From positions 880 through 64,879 of the forward strand of contig JAGOSC010000005.1 in assembly GCA_018062515.1 (NCBI GenBank): a stretch of 64,000 nucleotides of DNA, written 5' to 3'. Below, piece by piece: positions 36,201 to 45,566 of the stretch. The stretch comes from Candidatus Omnitrophota bacterium. Its GTDB lineage: Bacteria; Omnitrophota; Gorgyraeia; Zapsychrales; Zapsychraceae. The first letter of the stretch is position 1; the number at the start of each line of letters is the position of its first letter. The notes below the pieces were generated by a model. That model did no database searches. It was not told where the DNA came from and saw only the letters and a list, made by a program, of their open reading frames with translations. The translations under genes were made by a program, and so were the position numbers.

Positions 36201-39200
36201 GTAGGAAAAGATAACGCAACGCTCGTTGATCTCGTTGGCCGAGAAATCATTAAGTCCAGCGCCGGCTATGTGAGCGCGGATCAATATAAACGTATTTCCA
36301 AAGGACTTAAACCCAGCGGTGATCAATTCAGAACAGATGTTCAATTATTAGAAAACGGAAATAATGGAATTATTAACGCCGATCAATCCATGCTGGTTAA
36401 GATCGACGATGCTTTACAAAAAAATCCTTCTCAAAAAGTTCATACGGTTAAAGGATACACACCGGCTGGAAATCCAATTGAAGATGTTCTTACATATCAG
36501 GATATCAGCGACCAATCCAATCAATTTGCCCATGTATTAAAAAATGCGGGGATTGAAAAAGGCGACCGTGTGGCTGTTATGTCGCCGGTCTCAGGTTTGG
36601 AAATGATCGCGTCTTTGGGAATTTGGAAAGCCGGGGCAGTACGTGTACCGTTTAAAACCCAATGGACGTCGAATGAAATTAAAAAATATTTGACCCAAAC
36701 CACGCCTGAAGCGATGGTTATTCTAAATGTGTATTACGATCAACATTTATTGTCAATTTTAAATGAATTTAAAGATTTAAAAGTTTATATCATTTCTTCC
36801 GGCGAAACTATTTCTTCAACACCTCACGTCATGACTTTTCAAAATAGTTTAATCAATCAAACAACGGATTTCTTAAATATTTCTTCCGATCCGAGGGATT
36901 TAGTCCAATTGGCTATTTCCACCGGAACAACCGGTGAATCAAAAATTGTAAAGCAAACACAAGAAAACTTTTATTTCAGTACGCAAGAGTATAGTGAGTG
37001 GCTTGATGATGCTCCTCAAGGCCCTGTCGTCAGCACTTTACCGCCGGGAACGTACGGAAGCCATAGTATTTTAGGAACTGTTCTGCGAGGACGTCCGTTA
37101 TATATCGTTCCCCGTTTACCCAAAAATCAAACGACCGATGAATATACCCAGACATTATCGGAAACATTGAAGAGAACAAACGCGAAAATTTTATTCGGCG
37201 TTCCAACGCAATTTCAGGCTTTAGCCATGACGGGAGAAAAATTCCCCGGCCTTATTGGTTTAAGCCGAGGAGCCGCGTTAAGAGATGTAAAACAATTATT
37301 TGAGTCGGTGACCGGAGGACGGGTTATCGAAGGTTATGGATTGACAGAAGGAACCAGTTCAGTCACCAATCCGATTAATAGAGATAAGCCGGGTACCGTC
37401 GGAATTCCGTCAAAAGATACGACATTTAAAGTCATTAATCCATCCACGCAAAAAGAACTTCCCATTGGTGAAGAAGGTGAATTAGTGTTAAAAGGCCCGC
37501 AGGTTATGGCCGGATATTGGGAAGATCCTGTGGGCACTAAAGCCGCTTTTACAGAAGATGGATTTTTAAGGACCGGCGATTTGGGCTCCATCGACAAAGA
37601 TGGTTATATAAAAATCACCGGCCGCTTAAAAGACATTATTATTTCCGGCGGTGATAATGTCATTCCGTCGGAGGTAGAAAAAATTATTAAAACCAACGCC
37701 GCTATCGAAGAAGTTACCGTCGTCGGTATAAGTGATCCTGGCCGTTTTCCTGATGATCCGGCATTTGCTGAGCTCGTTGAACATTGGGGGGAAGTTGTTG
37801 TCGCGTTTGTCGTCCCGAAAAAGGGCATGAATACTTTAAATTTAGAGCCATCCATACGAGAATTTGCCAAAAAGAATTTGGCTGCTTATAAAGTCCCCAA
37901 AAAAGTTGTTGTCCTCAATAAACTGCCTCTGCTAGGAGACCTTTTTAAAATTGACCGTCAACAACTCATCCGAGGCGACAATGACAATGCTGTTTTAGTT
38001 ATTCCTTCAGCCATCAAGAATATAGAAAATATAAAAGCCAAATTAGTGTTAAATTTTATGATAAATGAGACTTTAAGAAATGGTTTAATTTCCCAAATTG
38101 ATGGCGAAAAACTTATTCCTTCTGTGGCCATTGATGATGAACAAATAACAGTTGCAAAAAAAGTCAGCGATGAAGAATATGAACTATCCGGAACGAAGGC
38201 GGCTGTTGTCAATGGAGGCCGGGCTTCTTTTTATATTGTATTTGCGCAGCTCAACGGAAAATCAAAAGCGTTCTTAGTCGACAATCCAAAAGGGATAACC
38301 AAAAAATCTGTTCCCACCATGGGCTTGGCTGAAAATAATATTGCTCAAGTTCAGTTTAACCGTGTTAGAGCCAAACTCATCACTGATAATTTAGACGATT
38401 CCGAAATACTTAAAGCTGTACAAAATAAAGAAAATAAAATCATTCGAGCCCTGGCTATTTCCGAAGCCCAAAGGATATATAAAATGGGCGAGAAATATGC
38501 CGCCGAAAGACGCGCCTTTGGACAATCCATCAATAAATTCCCATCTTTAAAACGATTAATGGATGGTATTCAAACGGATGTAGAAAACATCAATGCATCC
38601 CCGAATCCAACCGCCATGCTGGTTGATATAGCCAACCGTGTCCTTCAAATTTTTGCGGCGCGCGGATTTGAAAATAATACGCCGGCTGTAAAAATCTGGC
38701 GTGAGGCACAGGCCCTACATGCCATTGTCACTTATCGGCAATCTTTAACAAAAACAACTCCGGAAAACATATCTCTTGACCCTGAAGAGGTATTTAAAAA
38801 AGGTTCATGGGAAGATTTTGGATTAACACCGGATCAGATTTCTCTAAAATCGAAAATTCGCAATTTTGCGGAAAATATCGTCGCGCCAATGTATGAAGAG
38901 CTTGATCGTGATGGACAGTATCCGCTTTCTATATTGAAGAAAATGGGGGATGCCGGCATTACAAAACCCGGTTATCCAAAAGAAGTTGGCGGTGAAGAAG
39001 CTGACACATTAAGCTGGGCCATCGTCGTCGAGGAACTGGTTAAAGCGGCTCCGGCCTTCGGTATATTTTCCGGTGTTCCGCACACGGCTTCCGTTCCAAT
39101 TCTCAAATCCGGCACTCCCGAACAGAAAGAAATTGTCGCGCAAGTTGTCCGCGGAGAAATTCCTCTATCTTACGGACAGAGCGAACCTCACAGCGGATCG

Positions 39201-42200
39201 GACGTTGGCGGAATTAAGACAACGGCTCATTTAACAAAACGTGATGGTGTTGAAGGTTATGTTATTAACGGTGAAAAAATTTGGATTGGAAGCGCGACCG
39301 TAGCTCCGTGGTTGGTATTATTGGCAAAAACAGGCGAGGCTACTGATCGAGATTTAAATAAATTTGCATTTTTCCTAGTCCCGTTTCGGGATCAAGATGG
39401 TAAATTCCAAAAAGGAATTGAAGTTCATGAAATGGATTTATTGGGAATGCGGGGAATTGGCAACAGCCATATCATTATGAAAGATGTATTTATTCCCAAA
39501 GAAAATATATTAGGTGAAGTTGGTAAAGGATTTAAAACCGCTATGCACGCCATGGATAGCGGGCGTATTTTTGTTTCCTCTCGAGGATTGGGCGTGATAA
39601 GCCACGCGGTGGAGAATGCCAAAGAAGCTTTAAAAGAAGCATTGCGAGAAAATCCGAACTTGCCCCACGCTCAAAATTATATTTCTCAGATTGACTTAAT
39701 GGAAGCCGAACGGCTAAGCGTGCGGGCTATGCTGCAAAAAACATCTGACATGAATGACCGAGGCAAACGCATGACTTATGAAACGGCGATCATGAAATGG
39801 ATTGCCGGAGAAGTTGCTGCCGACATTGCTCAGCGTTCCTACGATCTAATTCACACCATCTCATATAATCCATCACGATGGGCGCATTCCGAACGGGTTT
39901 TGCGGGATTCGCGGCAAATTCGTATCGGCGAAGGGACGCCGCAAATTATGCAACGTATCGCTGGTCTTAAAATCCGACGTCAAATGAAAAAAAAGTTAAC
40001 ACATTTATCAAGTGACATTATTTTACAGGATGCCCTAAAACAAATTCTCGACGAAAAAGAAAATGATTCTGTGCCTACCCGTCTGAATATTCTGTTTAAT
40101 ATAGCTCTGGCCGCATACCTCAAAGCGATTAAAGATGGACAATTTGATATTACGCCCGTCGAGCCATATGGCATTGAATTGGATTTGGCTAATTTAGAAG
40201 CCTTGCGTATGCGTGTGAATGATTTTCAAAAAATGCTCACACAAATGGCGCAATCTGGACAACCTTTTCCTTATGGAAATGCTGTTCAGATATTTATGAA
40301 TCAGAAGTATGTCGAAGCTGAGACGATAGTTCATAATATTTTTACACAATTAAGTTTTAAGACCGAATTGGAAGAAATAAAAGACTATGCTATGATCGCT
40401 TCACTGCAAGTCGAAGAGCTTCGCAAACGTTTTAAAGAAACCGGCGGAGCGATCACACGGGAAGAAGCGCAACAAATAGTAAAAGGTGCAAAGCCAGAAG
40501 AGGTTGCAGTTGTCCTTGAGCAAATAGCATATCAGTCAAGCCTTTATGGGCCTGTCAACGATCCTGCCATTAACAGAGTTGATCCAAAAATTTATGAATC
40601 TTTAATTGGAATTCCTGGTCAAGCGCCGTTTGTCCGCGGATTGTTTCCTTCAGTTACGCAGCGCGCTGCTGGCCGATGGCCGACGGTACGACGTTATGGT
40701 TCGTATGGAACTGCGGAAGAATCAAACGCCAATCTTAAAAAACAATTAGAAGCGGGTGTTACTGGATTTAGTATTGCTTTTGATTTACCGACTCAAAATG
40801 GTTATGACACAGGTCATCCTTTAGCTGTTGGAGAAGCTGGCCGCGTCGGTATCGCCATTAACACATTGCAAGATATGGAAGATCTTTTTGATGGACTGCC
40901 TTTAGAGAAAATTAGTACATCAATGACCATTAATCCAACCGCGCCAATTCTTTTTGCCATGTATGTGGCTGCAGCGCGTAAGAAAGGCGTGCCAGACAAA
41001 TTAATTGCCGGAAGCGTTCAAAATGATAGCTTGAAAGAATACACGGCGCGTAATACGTATGTTCTACCTTATAAAGGTATGATGCGCATGACCACAGATG
41101 TATTTCGTTGGACGAAAGACAATTTGCCGCGATTTAATACGATTACGATTTCTGGTTATCATATCCGTGAATCCAACGTCGATGCGGTTAAAGAAATTGC
41201 TTTTACGATAACGAACGCGCTTCAATATGTCGCCGAATTAAAACGCAAAGGTCTAAGCCGTGATGAAATCGCCGGATCATTGGCCACGATGGCTTGGTTT
41301 ATCAATTTGAAAATGAATACGTTTGAAGAAGTCGGAAAACTTCGCGCACTCCGACGGGTATGGTCGAAAATTGTCCGTGATGGATTAGGCATTAAACCTG
41401 AAAATGTGACTGATCCTAAGCTCAAAGATGTGTATCAAAAAGCAACGAACGCCCGGGTTGCAACCTGGTCGGGTGGAAGCGAAGTCCGGTTACCGTACGC
41501 AACGACACTGAATTTTGCCCGTAACGCTATCCGTGCTTTTAACGCACCGTTAAGCGGCGTTCAAAGTTGGGACGGAGCAGCCTTTGATGAATCCATCGGA
41601 ATACCGACGGATTTTGCTCAAGAAGAAGCTATGCTTCGGCTTTTCGCGGCACAGTCGGAAACAGGCCTTATGGAATTAGATGATCCATTCGGCGGATCAT
41701 ATTTCTTGGAAGCTGAGACAAATCGAATTGAGCAAGGAATTTGGAATGAATTATCTGAATTATCACAAAAAGATTCATTCTTGGATGTTCTCCAATTTAT
41801 GGTCGATGAACGAACGCGCTTAACTGATCAGGACCGAATAGATTTAGAAGGGGGACAACGAAAAATCGTCGGGTACAACATTTCCACCGACGGGGCAGAT
41901 GCTTATCCTCAACCCAAAGCTCGGCCGATGAACACCGAAAATTTCGATGTAAAACAGGGCAAAAGATTAAAGAAAGTTTTGGAAACTCGCGATAATGACG
42001 CTGTACAATCCGCCTTGGATGAACTTGAAAAAGCATTAAAAAATGAAACTGAAAATGTCCTGCCATATATTTTTAAAGCCGTCGAAGTTTACGCTACGGT
42101 TGGAGAGATTAGTGACCGCATGCGACGCATATATGGCGCCTCCGACGGAAAGACTCCATGGAATGCGCAACCTGTTTGGAAAGATTTGAAAGACAAAGAA

Positions 42201-45200
42201 TGGACTCCTCCAATACAAGAGAAGCCAGAAATTTTTGATCAAGATATACGGAACTTTATCGAAACACAAAAAAATCTTATTGGGAATAGCTATCAAGAAA
42301 TTTATGACCGAGGGATTGCCCGCGGATATTTCTTGGCTGGCGACATGCCATATGTTAGACATTTGCATGTTGAAGAGCGCCCCGGGGAGTATCCATATAC
42401 ACGCGGAATTATTAAGCAGCGACCAGAAAAATTAAATAACATTAGTGGATATTTATTAAGAGAAGCTGGGATGGATGGAATGCAGGAATTGGCTTTGAGT
42501 TTATTTGCTGCTAAAAAGGAAATTGAAAAAGGAAATACTCCCAGCGAACGTGCAGACATTGCCAATCAAATCCGTATTGTGCTTTCTTCCAGCGATAATT
42601 TTATGGAAGAAACCGCTCGAATATTTTTAGCACGTAGAATGTGGGCTGAAATGCTCAAAGAAATGGGAATCACCGATGAAAATGCATTGCAATTGATCGT
42701 CGGTGTTAAAACCGATGCAACCACATACACGGAAGATAAACATTGGCTGAATATTAGCCGCGGCACACGTCAAGCATATCAAGCTTATTTAGCCGGTGTT
42801 GATCCGCAAGATATTATCATTACCCGTTTTGATGCTCCTTATGGCCATACAGATCAAACTCGATTAGCCGAACAAATTGCCAAAGATACTCTCGATGTAT
42901 TCCGTTATGAATTACCCAAAAAAGTTCAAAATCCTTTAAGCGGAATGTTTGCTTTAGAAGCTAAGATCGAAACAATGGAAGGTGAATTAAAAGCTGAATT
43001 AACAAAACTTGAAGATTTGTCATCTGATAAAAAATCAATATCTATTTCCGCAGAATCTGAAATGAAAGCCCTTATACCTGTTACCAATGTTACTGGATCC
43101 ACGGGTGTTCCAACTTGGTTAACTCCGTCATTAGCGAATTATCTGATCACTTCACTTTTACATTCGCAGGCTGTTCAGCTAGCCAAAGTTACCGCCGGAT
43201 TGACTCCAAAAGTAGGCGAGAATATTAAAACCAGTTCGACGAAATATTTTCCGCCAATGAATACCGAGGCCATGGGTATGAAACTTCTACCGCCATCAGA
43301 ACAAGTCACCATTGATGCCTTAGCCTCTGATTCAGAGGATTTAAGAATTGCAATTGCGGACGCATGGTTCAATCAAGCTGCAAATTTATATACAAAACTT
43401 TTAGGCGCGCTTCATCTTAATAACAGTAATCGTCATATTACAAAACTCCTCAGAGGTTTAGCAGCGGCTAATTTAAGTGTGAATGCTGAACAATTTTCAA
43501 AAATTGCTGAAAAATGGTCAATTATTTCTGAAGGCGATCAATTCACTATTCAGACGGATAATGGATCACAACTGAATATTATCCGTGATACTGATCACCA
43601 AGGGAAAATGGGCATTGAATTGGCGGGAAATGTTTCAGAAATAATGCGGTATGTTTCACAGTATACACTAAAAAATAAAATGACTAAAAAAGATAAATTA
43701 CGTATTCTCGTCGCTAAACCAGGACTTGATGGTCATGATGTCGGTGCACGAACAATCGCCAATGGCTTTCGTGACGCCGGCTTTGATGTAATTTATACGG
43801 GATTGCAAAACACCCCGGAACAAATTGTGGAAACAGCTCGCCAAGAAAATATTGATGTCATTGGGTTAAGCATTCTTTCTAACGCTCATAATTCGATTGG
43901 ACCAAAAGTCGCTAGCCTTTTAAATAAGAATGGAATGGATGATGTTTTTGTCGCCATGGGCGGAATGATTCCTGACGATGATCAGCGTAATTTATTTCGA
44001 AAAAGCGCGGTCAACGCAATCTATATTGCCGGTACAACCATGCAAAAGATTGTTGACGATATCAACCATTGGAATGAATGGCGGGGGAAATCAGATAAAA
44101 TAAAAATCACAAATGATCATCAGTTTACGGCAACATTATTCGATGGAAGTTCAGTCGAAGTTGTTGTCATCAATAAGGAAATTCCAACAGCTAAACCGGT
44201 CACGGACGTAGAAGAAACGGAAATTCCTCAAACTGCTTTAGCCGTGCCAACAAAACTAGGCCCATTGCATCGATCAAATATTCCCGTCGTTGAAGGCGTT
44301 TGGAGCGATGATCCAGAAATTCGAAACCGTGCTCTACAACACTATGCTTTAGCTGGAGACATATTGTTAGAACAGGTCATAAAAACGAGTCCAGTACTGG
44401 GACGATTTATTATTCCGGTTTCGAATGCCGTTTCTCCTCATATTGAACACGCCACTGTTGCCTCAGCTGGAATTGCTTTAACACCCGAACATTTTGAACA
44501 AGCCTGGGAGGCTAATGGAAACCCTCATCGTTCCAATGTACCGGAAGACGTCCGTGCAGAAGAATTTGAAGTTATAGTAACAATGCCCGATGGAAGTAAG
44601 CGAATTTTGGATATTCTTCGTGATAAAAAGGATGACTTTGAAGCTGGCGATATTGTCCGAAGAAAGATAGACGTCTCACACACGTTGGTTGAAGCATGGA
44701 ATAAAAAAGCTAAAACCAACCCTAAAGCCAAAGATCAAGAAGCAGAATGGTTAAATATGACCATAAAACAAATTCTTAATCCGCCGTTTGCTTCAAATAT
44801 TTTTCCAGCTAATGCGATTGTGATAAAGGTTCAAAACAGAAATAGTGAATTGGACCGAGGTATTATTGAACTTGATCAAGAATTAAATATTTACGTGAAG
44901 GTTCTCGACGTCACCCCATTTAATCAACAAACTGTCGACGGAAAATCATTCATTAAAGCGGATGTCATCGTTAAAGATAAAGAAGAAAACATTCTCATCG
45001 ACAGTATCGTCACAGTCATGAAACCGCTGACCATCGCTCGTCATATTAATGAATACAGTGAAGCGGTGATTCAGCAAGTTGAAGTTTGGACCGACGACAT
45101 TCAAGCGGCTCACAAAGCGATTTCCGCAGCGGCTAAAGATAAAACAAATGGTATTAATGTCGTACTGCCTGTCCGTGACGGAGCGAATGGAACAAAGGTT

Positions 45201-45560
45201 TTCTTTACGATGGTGACAATCGAAGGCGGCGTCAAAGTTCTCGTTGAGTTAATTCAAAATCCAAAAGCCGCGGTTGATAACGCTTCGCTCAGCCAATACG
45301 GCGGTATCGACCTTAATCCAGCGCATTTGGATTTGCAAATCAAGCGTGATGGACGAGGAATTCCGCTTCCGGTTAATCAACAGCCAATCATCAATATGCA
45401 TATCGACGGTTTTTATCCGATTATTATTGAAATGACGCCAGTGAATTTGCCGATGTTGCTCGGTTTCGCGGATGAAAATATGCCTGCGGATGAAACAGAT
45501 GATTATTCTCAATCAGAATTAAACGCCAGAGAACCTGAAGATTTAAGTTATTTAAATTAA
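35142..45560 (+). CDS. Giant fusion protein C (3472 aa): leader + shared N module + acyl-CoA synthetase + partial ACAD + ACAD + B12-dependent acyl-CoA mutase barrel + truncated second barrel + B12-binding domain + unassigned region + shared C module
   Basis: The GTG start directly abuts the ORF B TAA, with GAGGAA upstream. 10.4-kb open frame. Motifs are in the sub-features. Confidence 0.88.
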   Translation: MIIQFKKFQLKFTYKFLCTVINIAFISTCVLPPSYAQVLSLPQPGTMLNVSPVYTPPMIKGLTIDQENPLHFQFIIDTGNEQYKDNDQLREESTRLIKYFLASLTVPENEMWVNLSPHEKDRIIPDGFGQTEMGRDLLAQDYILKQLTASLIYPEKELGAEFWKKVHDRAWKEFKTKEIPLDTFNKVWIVPEKAVIYEHERSAYVLESHLKVMLEEDYQALISNTSSTSADNQKLKDDNRQLTASIMKEIIIPEIEREVNEGKNFTNLRQIYQSMILATWYKMNLKESLLGQIYVDQNKLIGIDLDDKNVKDKIYAQYIEAFKKGVYNYIKEDYDPDQQKTVPRQYISGGFSTVGKDNATLVDLVGREIIKSSAGYVSADQYKRISKGLKPSGDQFRTDVQLLENGNNGIINADQSMLVKIDDALQKNPSQKVHTVKGYTPAGNPIEDVLTYQDISDQSNQFAHVLKNAGIEKGDRVAVMSPVSGLEMIASLGIWKAGAVRVPFKTQWTSNEIKKYLTQTTPEAMVILNVYYDQHLLSILNEFKDLKVYIISSGETISSTPHVMTFQNSLINQTTDFLNISSDPRDLVQLAISTGTTGESKIVKQTQENFYFSTQEYSEWLDDAPQGPVVSTLPPGTYGSHSILGTVLRGRPLYIVPRLPKNQTTDEYTQTLSETLKRTNAKILFGVPTQFQALAMTGEKFPGLIGLSRGAALRDVKQLFESVTGGRVIEGYGLTEGTSSVTNPINRDKPGTVGIPSKDTTFKVINPSTQKELPIGEEGELVLKGPQVMAGYWEDPVGTKAAFTEDGFLRTGDLGSIDKDGYIKITGRLKDIIISGGDNVIPSEVEKIIKTNAAIEEVTVVGISDPGRFPDDPAFAELVEHWGEVVVAFVVPKKGMNTLNLEPSIREFAKKNLAAYKVPKKVVVLNKLPLLGDLFKIDRQQLIRGDNDNAVLVIPSAIKNIENIKAKLVLNFMINETLRNGLISQIDGEKLIPSVAIDDEQITVAKKVSDEEYELSGTKAAVVNGGRASFYIVFAQLNGKSKAFLVDNPKGITKKSVPTMGLAENNIAQVQFNRVRAKLITDNLDDSEILKAVQNKENKIIRALAISEAQRIYKMGEKYAAERRAFGQSINKFPSLKRLMDGIQTDVENINASPNPTAMLVDIANRVLQIFAARGFENNTPAVKIWREAQALHAIVTYRQSLTKTTPENISLDPEEVFKKGSWEDFGLTPDQISLKSKIRNFAENIVAPMYEELDRDGQYPLSILKKMGDAGITKPGYPKEVGGEEADTLSWAIVVEELVKAAPAFGIFSGVPHTASVPILKSGTPEQKEIVAQVVRGEIPLSYGQSEPHSGSDVGGIKTTAHLTKRDGVEGYVINGEKIWIGSATVAPWLVLLAKTGEATDRDLNKFAFFLVPFRDQDGKFQKGIEVHEMDLLGMRGIGNSHIIMKDVFIPKENILGEVGKGFKTAMHAMDSGRIFVSSRGLGVISHAVENAKEALKEALRENPNLPHAQNYISQIDLMEAERLSVRAMLQKTSDMNDRGKRMTYETAIMKWIAGEVAADIAQRSYDLIHTISYNPSRWAHSERVLRDSRQIRIGEGTPQIMQRIAGLKIRRQMKKKLTHLSSDIILQDALKQILDEKENDSVPTRLNILFNIALAAYLKAIKDGQFDITPVEPYGIELDLANLEALRMRVNDFQKMLTQMAQSGQPFPYGNAVQIFMNQKYVEAETIVHNIFTQLSFKTELEEIKDYAMIASLQVEELRKRFKETGGAITREEAQQIVKGAKPEEVAVVLEQIAYQSSLYGPVNDPAINRVDPKIYESLIGIPGQAPFVRGLFPSVTQRAAGRWPTVRRYGSYGTAEESNANLKKQLEAGVTGFSIAFDLPTQNGYDTGHPLAVGEAGRVGIAINTLQDMEDLFDGLPLEKISTSMTINPTAPILFAMYVAAARKKGVPDKLIAGSVQNDSLKEYTARNTYVLPYKGMMRMTTDVFRWTKDNLPRFNTITISGYHIRESNVDAVKEIAFTITNALQYVAELKRKGLSRDEIAGSLATMAWFINLKMNTFEEVGKLRALRRVWSKIVRDGLGIKPENVTDPKLKDVYQKATNARVATWSGGSEVRLPYATTLNFARNAIRAFNAPLSGVQSWDGAAFDESIGIPTDFAQEEAMLRLFAAQSETGLMELDDPFGGSYFLEAETNRIEQGIWNELSELSQKDSFLDVLQFMVDERTRLTDQDRIDLEGGQRKIVGYNISTDGADAYPQPKARPMNTENFDVKQGKRLKKVLETRDNDAVQSALDELEKALKNETENVLPYIFKAVEVYATVGEISDRMRRIYGASDGKTPWNAQPVWKDLKDKEWTPPIQEKPEIFDQDIRNFIETQKNLIGNSYQEIYDRGIARGYFLAGDMPYVRHLHVEERPGEYPYTRGIIKQRPEKLNNISGYLLREAGMDGMQELALSLFAAKKEIEKGNTPSERADIANQIRIVLSSSDNFMEETARIFLARRMWAEMLKEMGITDENALQLIVGVKTDATTYTEDKHWLNISRGTRQAYQAYLAGVDPQDIIITRFDAPYGHTDQTRLAEQIAKDTLDVFRYELPKKVQNPLSGMFALEAKIETMEGELKAELTKLEDLSSDKKSISISAESEMKALIPVTNVTGSTGVPTWLTPSLANYLITSLLHSQAVQLAKVTAGLTPKVGENIKTSSTKYFPPMNTEAMGMKLLPPSEQVTIDALASDSEDLRIAIADAWFNQAANLYTKLLGALHLNNSNRHITKLLRGLAAANLSVNAEQFSKIAEKWSIISEGDQFTIQTDNGSQLNIIRDTDHQGKMGIELAGNVSEIMRYVSQYTLKNKMTKKDKLRILVAKPGLDGHDVGARTIANGFRDAGFDVIYTGLQNTPEQIVETARQENIDVIGLSILSNAHNSIGPKVASLLNKNGMDDVFVAMGGMIPDDDQRNLFRKSAVNAIYIAGTTMQKIVDDINHWNEWRGKSDKIKITNDHQFTATLFDGSSVEVVVINKEIPTAKPVTDVEETEIPQTALAVPTKLGPLHRSNIPVVEGVWSDDPEIRNRALQHYALAGDILLEQVIKTSPVLGRFIIPVSNAVSPHIEHATVASAGIALTPEHFEQAWEANGNPHRSNVPEDVRAEEFEVIVTMPDGSKRILDILRDKKDDFEAGDIVRRKIDVSHTLVEAWNKKAKTNPKAKDQEAEWLNMTIKQILNPPFASNIFPANAIVIKVQNRNSELDRGIIELDQELNIYVKVLDVTPFNQQTVDGKSFIKADVIVKDKEENILIDSIVTVMKPLTIARHINEYSEAVIQQVEVWTDDIQAAHKAISAAAKDKTNGINVVLPVRDGANGTKVFFTMVTIEGGVKVLVELIQNPKAAVDNASLSQYGGIDLNPAHLDLQIKRDGRGIPLPVNQQPIINMHIDGFYPIIIEMTPVNLPMLLGFADENMPADETDDYSQSELNAREPEDLSYLN
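36440..37980 (+). other. AMP-dependent acyl-CoA synthetase/ligase domain
   Basis: TYQDISDQSNQFAHVLKNAGIEKGDRVAV, ISTGTTGESKIV (a divergent SGTTG.PKG), EGYGLTEG, LRTGDLGSIDKDGYIKITGRLKDIIISGGDNVIPSEVE, AAYKVPKKVVVLNKLP. Confidence 0.75.
38000..38700 (+). other. Partial/degenerate acyl-CoA dehydrogenase-like unit (middle and C-terminal parts only)
   Basis: YELSGTKAAVVNGGRASFYIVFAQLNG..AFLVD, PTMGLAENNIAQVQFNRV, AERRAFGQSINKFPSL. No clear N-terminal helical domain. Confidence 0.45.
38800..39980 (+). other. Acyl-CoA dehydrogenase domain (complete)
   Basis: FAENIVAPMYEELDRDGQYP, MGDAGI, SYGQSEPHSGSDVGG, INGEKIWIGSA, DLLGMRGIGNSHIIMKDVFIP, IGEGTPQIMQRIAG. Confidence 0.75.
40590..42140 (+). other. 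Adenosylcobalamin-dependent acyl-CoA mutase catalytic (TIM-barrel) domain, methylmalonyl/ethylmalonyl-CoA mutase type
   Basis: PGQAPFVRG, WPTVRRYGSYGTAEESNANLKKQLEAGVTGFSIAFDLPTQNGYDTGHPLAVGEAGRVGIAI, ISTSMTIN, LKEYTARNTYVLP (Arg retained where I recall isobutyryl-CoA mutases having Gln), ISGYHIRESN, YATVGEISDRMRRIYG. Confidence 0.8.
42300..42990 (+). other. Truncated second mutase-barrel-like segment (beta-subunit-like remnant)
   Basis: PGEYPYTRGI jumps directly to LREAGMDGMQELALSLFAAKKEI...NFMEETARIFLARRMWAEMLKEMG...TDATTYTEDKHWLNISRGTRQAYQAYLAGV. It is colinear with the start and the last third of a mutase barrel; the middle is missing. Confidence 0.5.
43690..44060 (+). other. Cobalamin-binding (B12) Rossmann-like domain
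   Basis: LRILVAKPGLDGHDVGARTIANGFRDAGFDVIYTG contains the D-x-H-x-x-G motif (43728-43745). Then IDVIGLSILS and FVAMGGMIP. Confidence 0.8.
45295..45475 (+). other. Shared C-terminal module, copy C
   Basis: YGGIDLNPAHLDLQIKRDGRGIPLPVNQQPIINMHIDGFYPIIIEMTPVNLPMLLGFADE. A 26-nt run (45339-45364) is identical to 29699-29724 in copy A. Confidence 0.85.
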
Positions 45561-45566
45561 TAAACC

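Noticed and set aside
36006-36344. Antisense and out-of-frame ORFs inside the giant genes (e.g. 24112-24324, 30389-30640, 36006-36344, 42036-42368, 45557-45901, 47393-47734, 48263-48706, 51143-51430)
   Set aside because: All are short, lie wholly within long ORFs with strong domain evidence on the other strand or frame, and have low-complexity translations. They are shadow ORFs.
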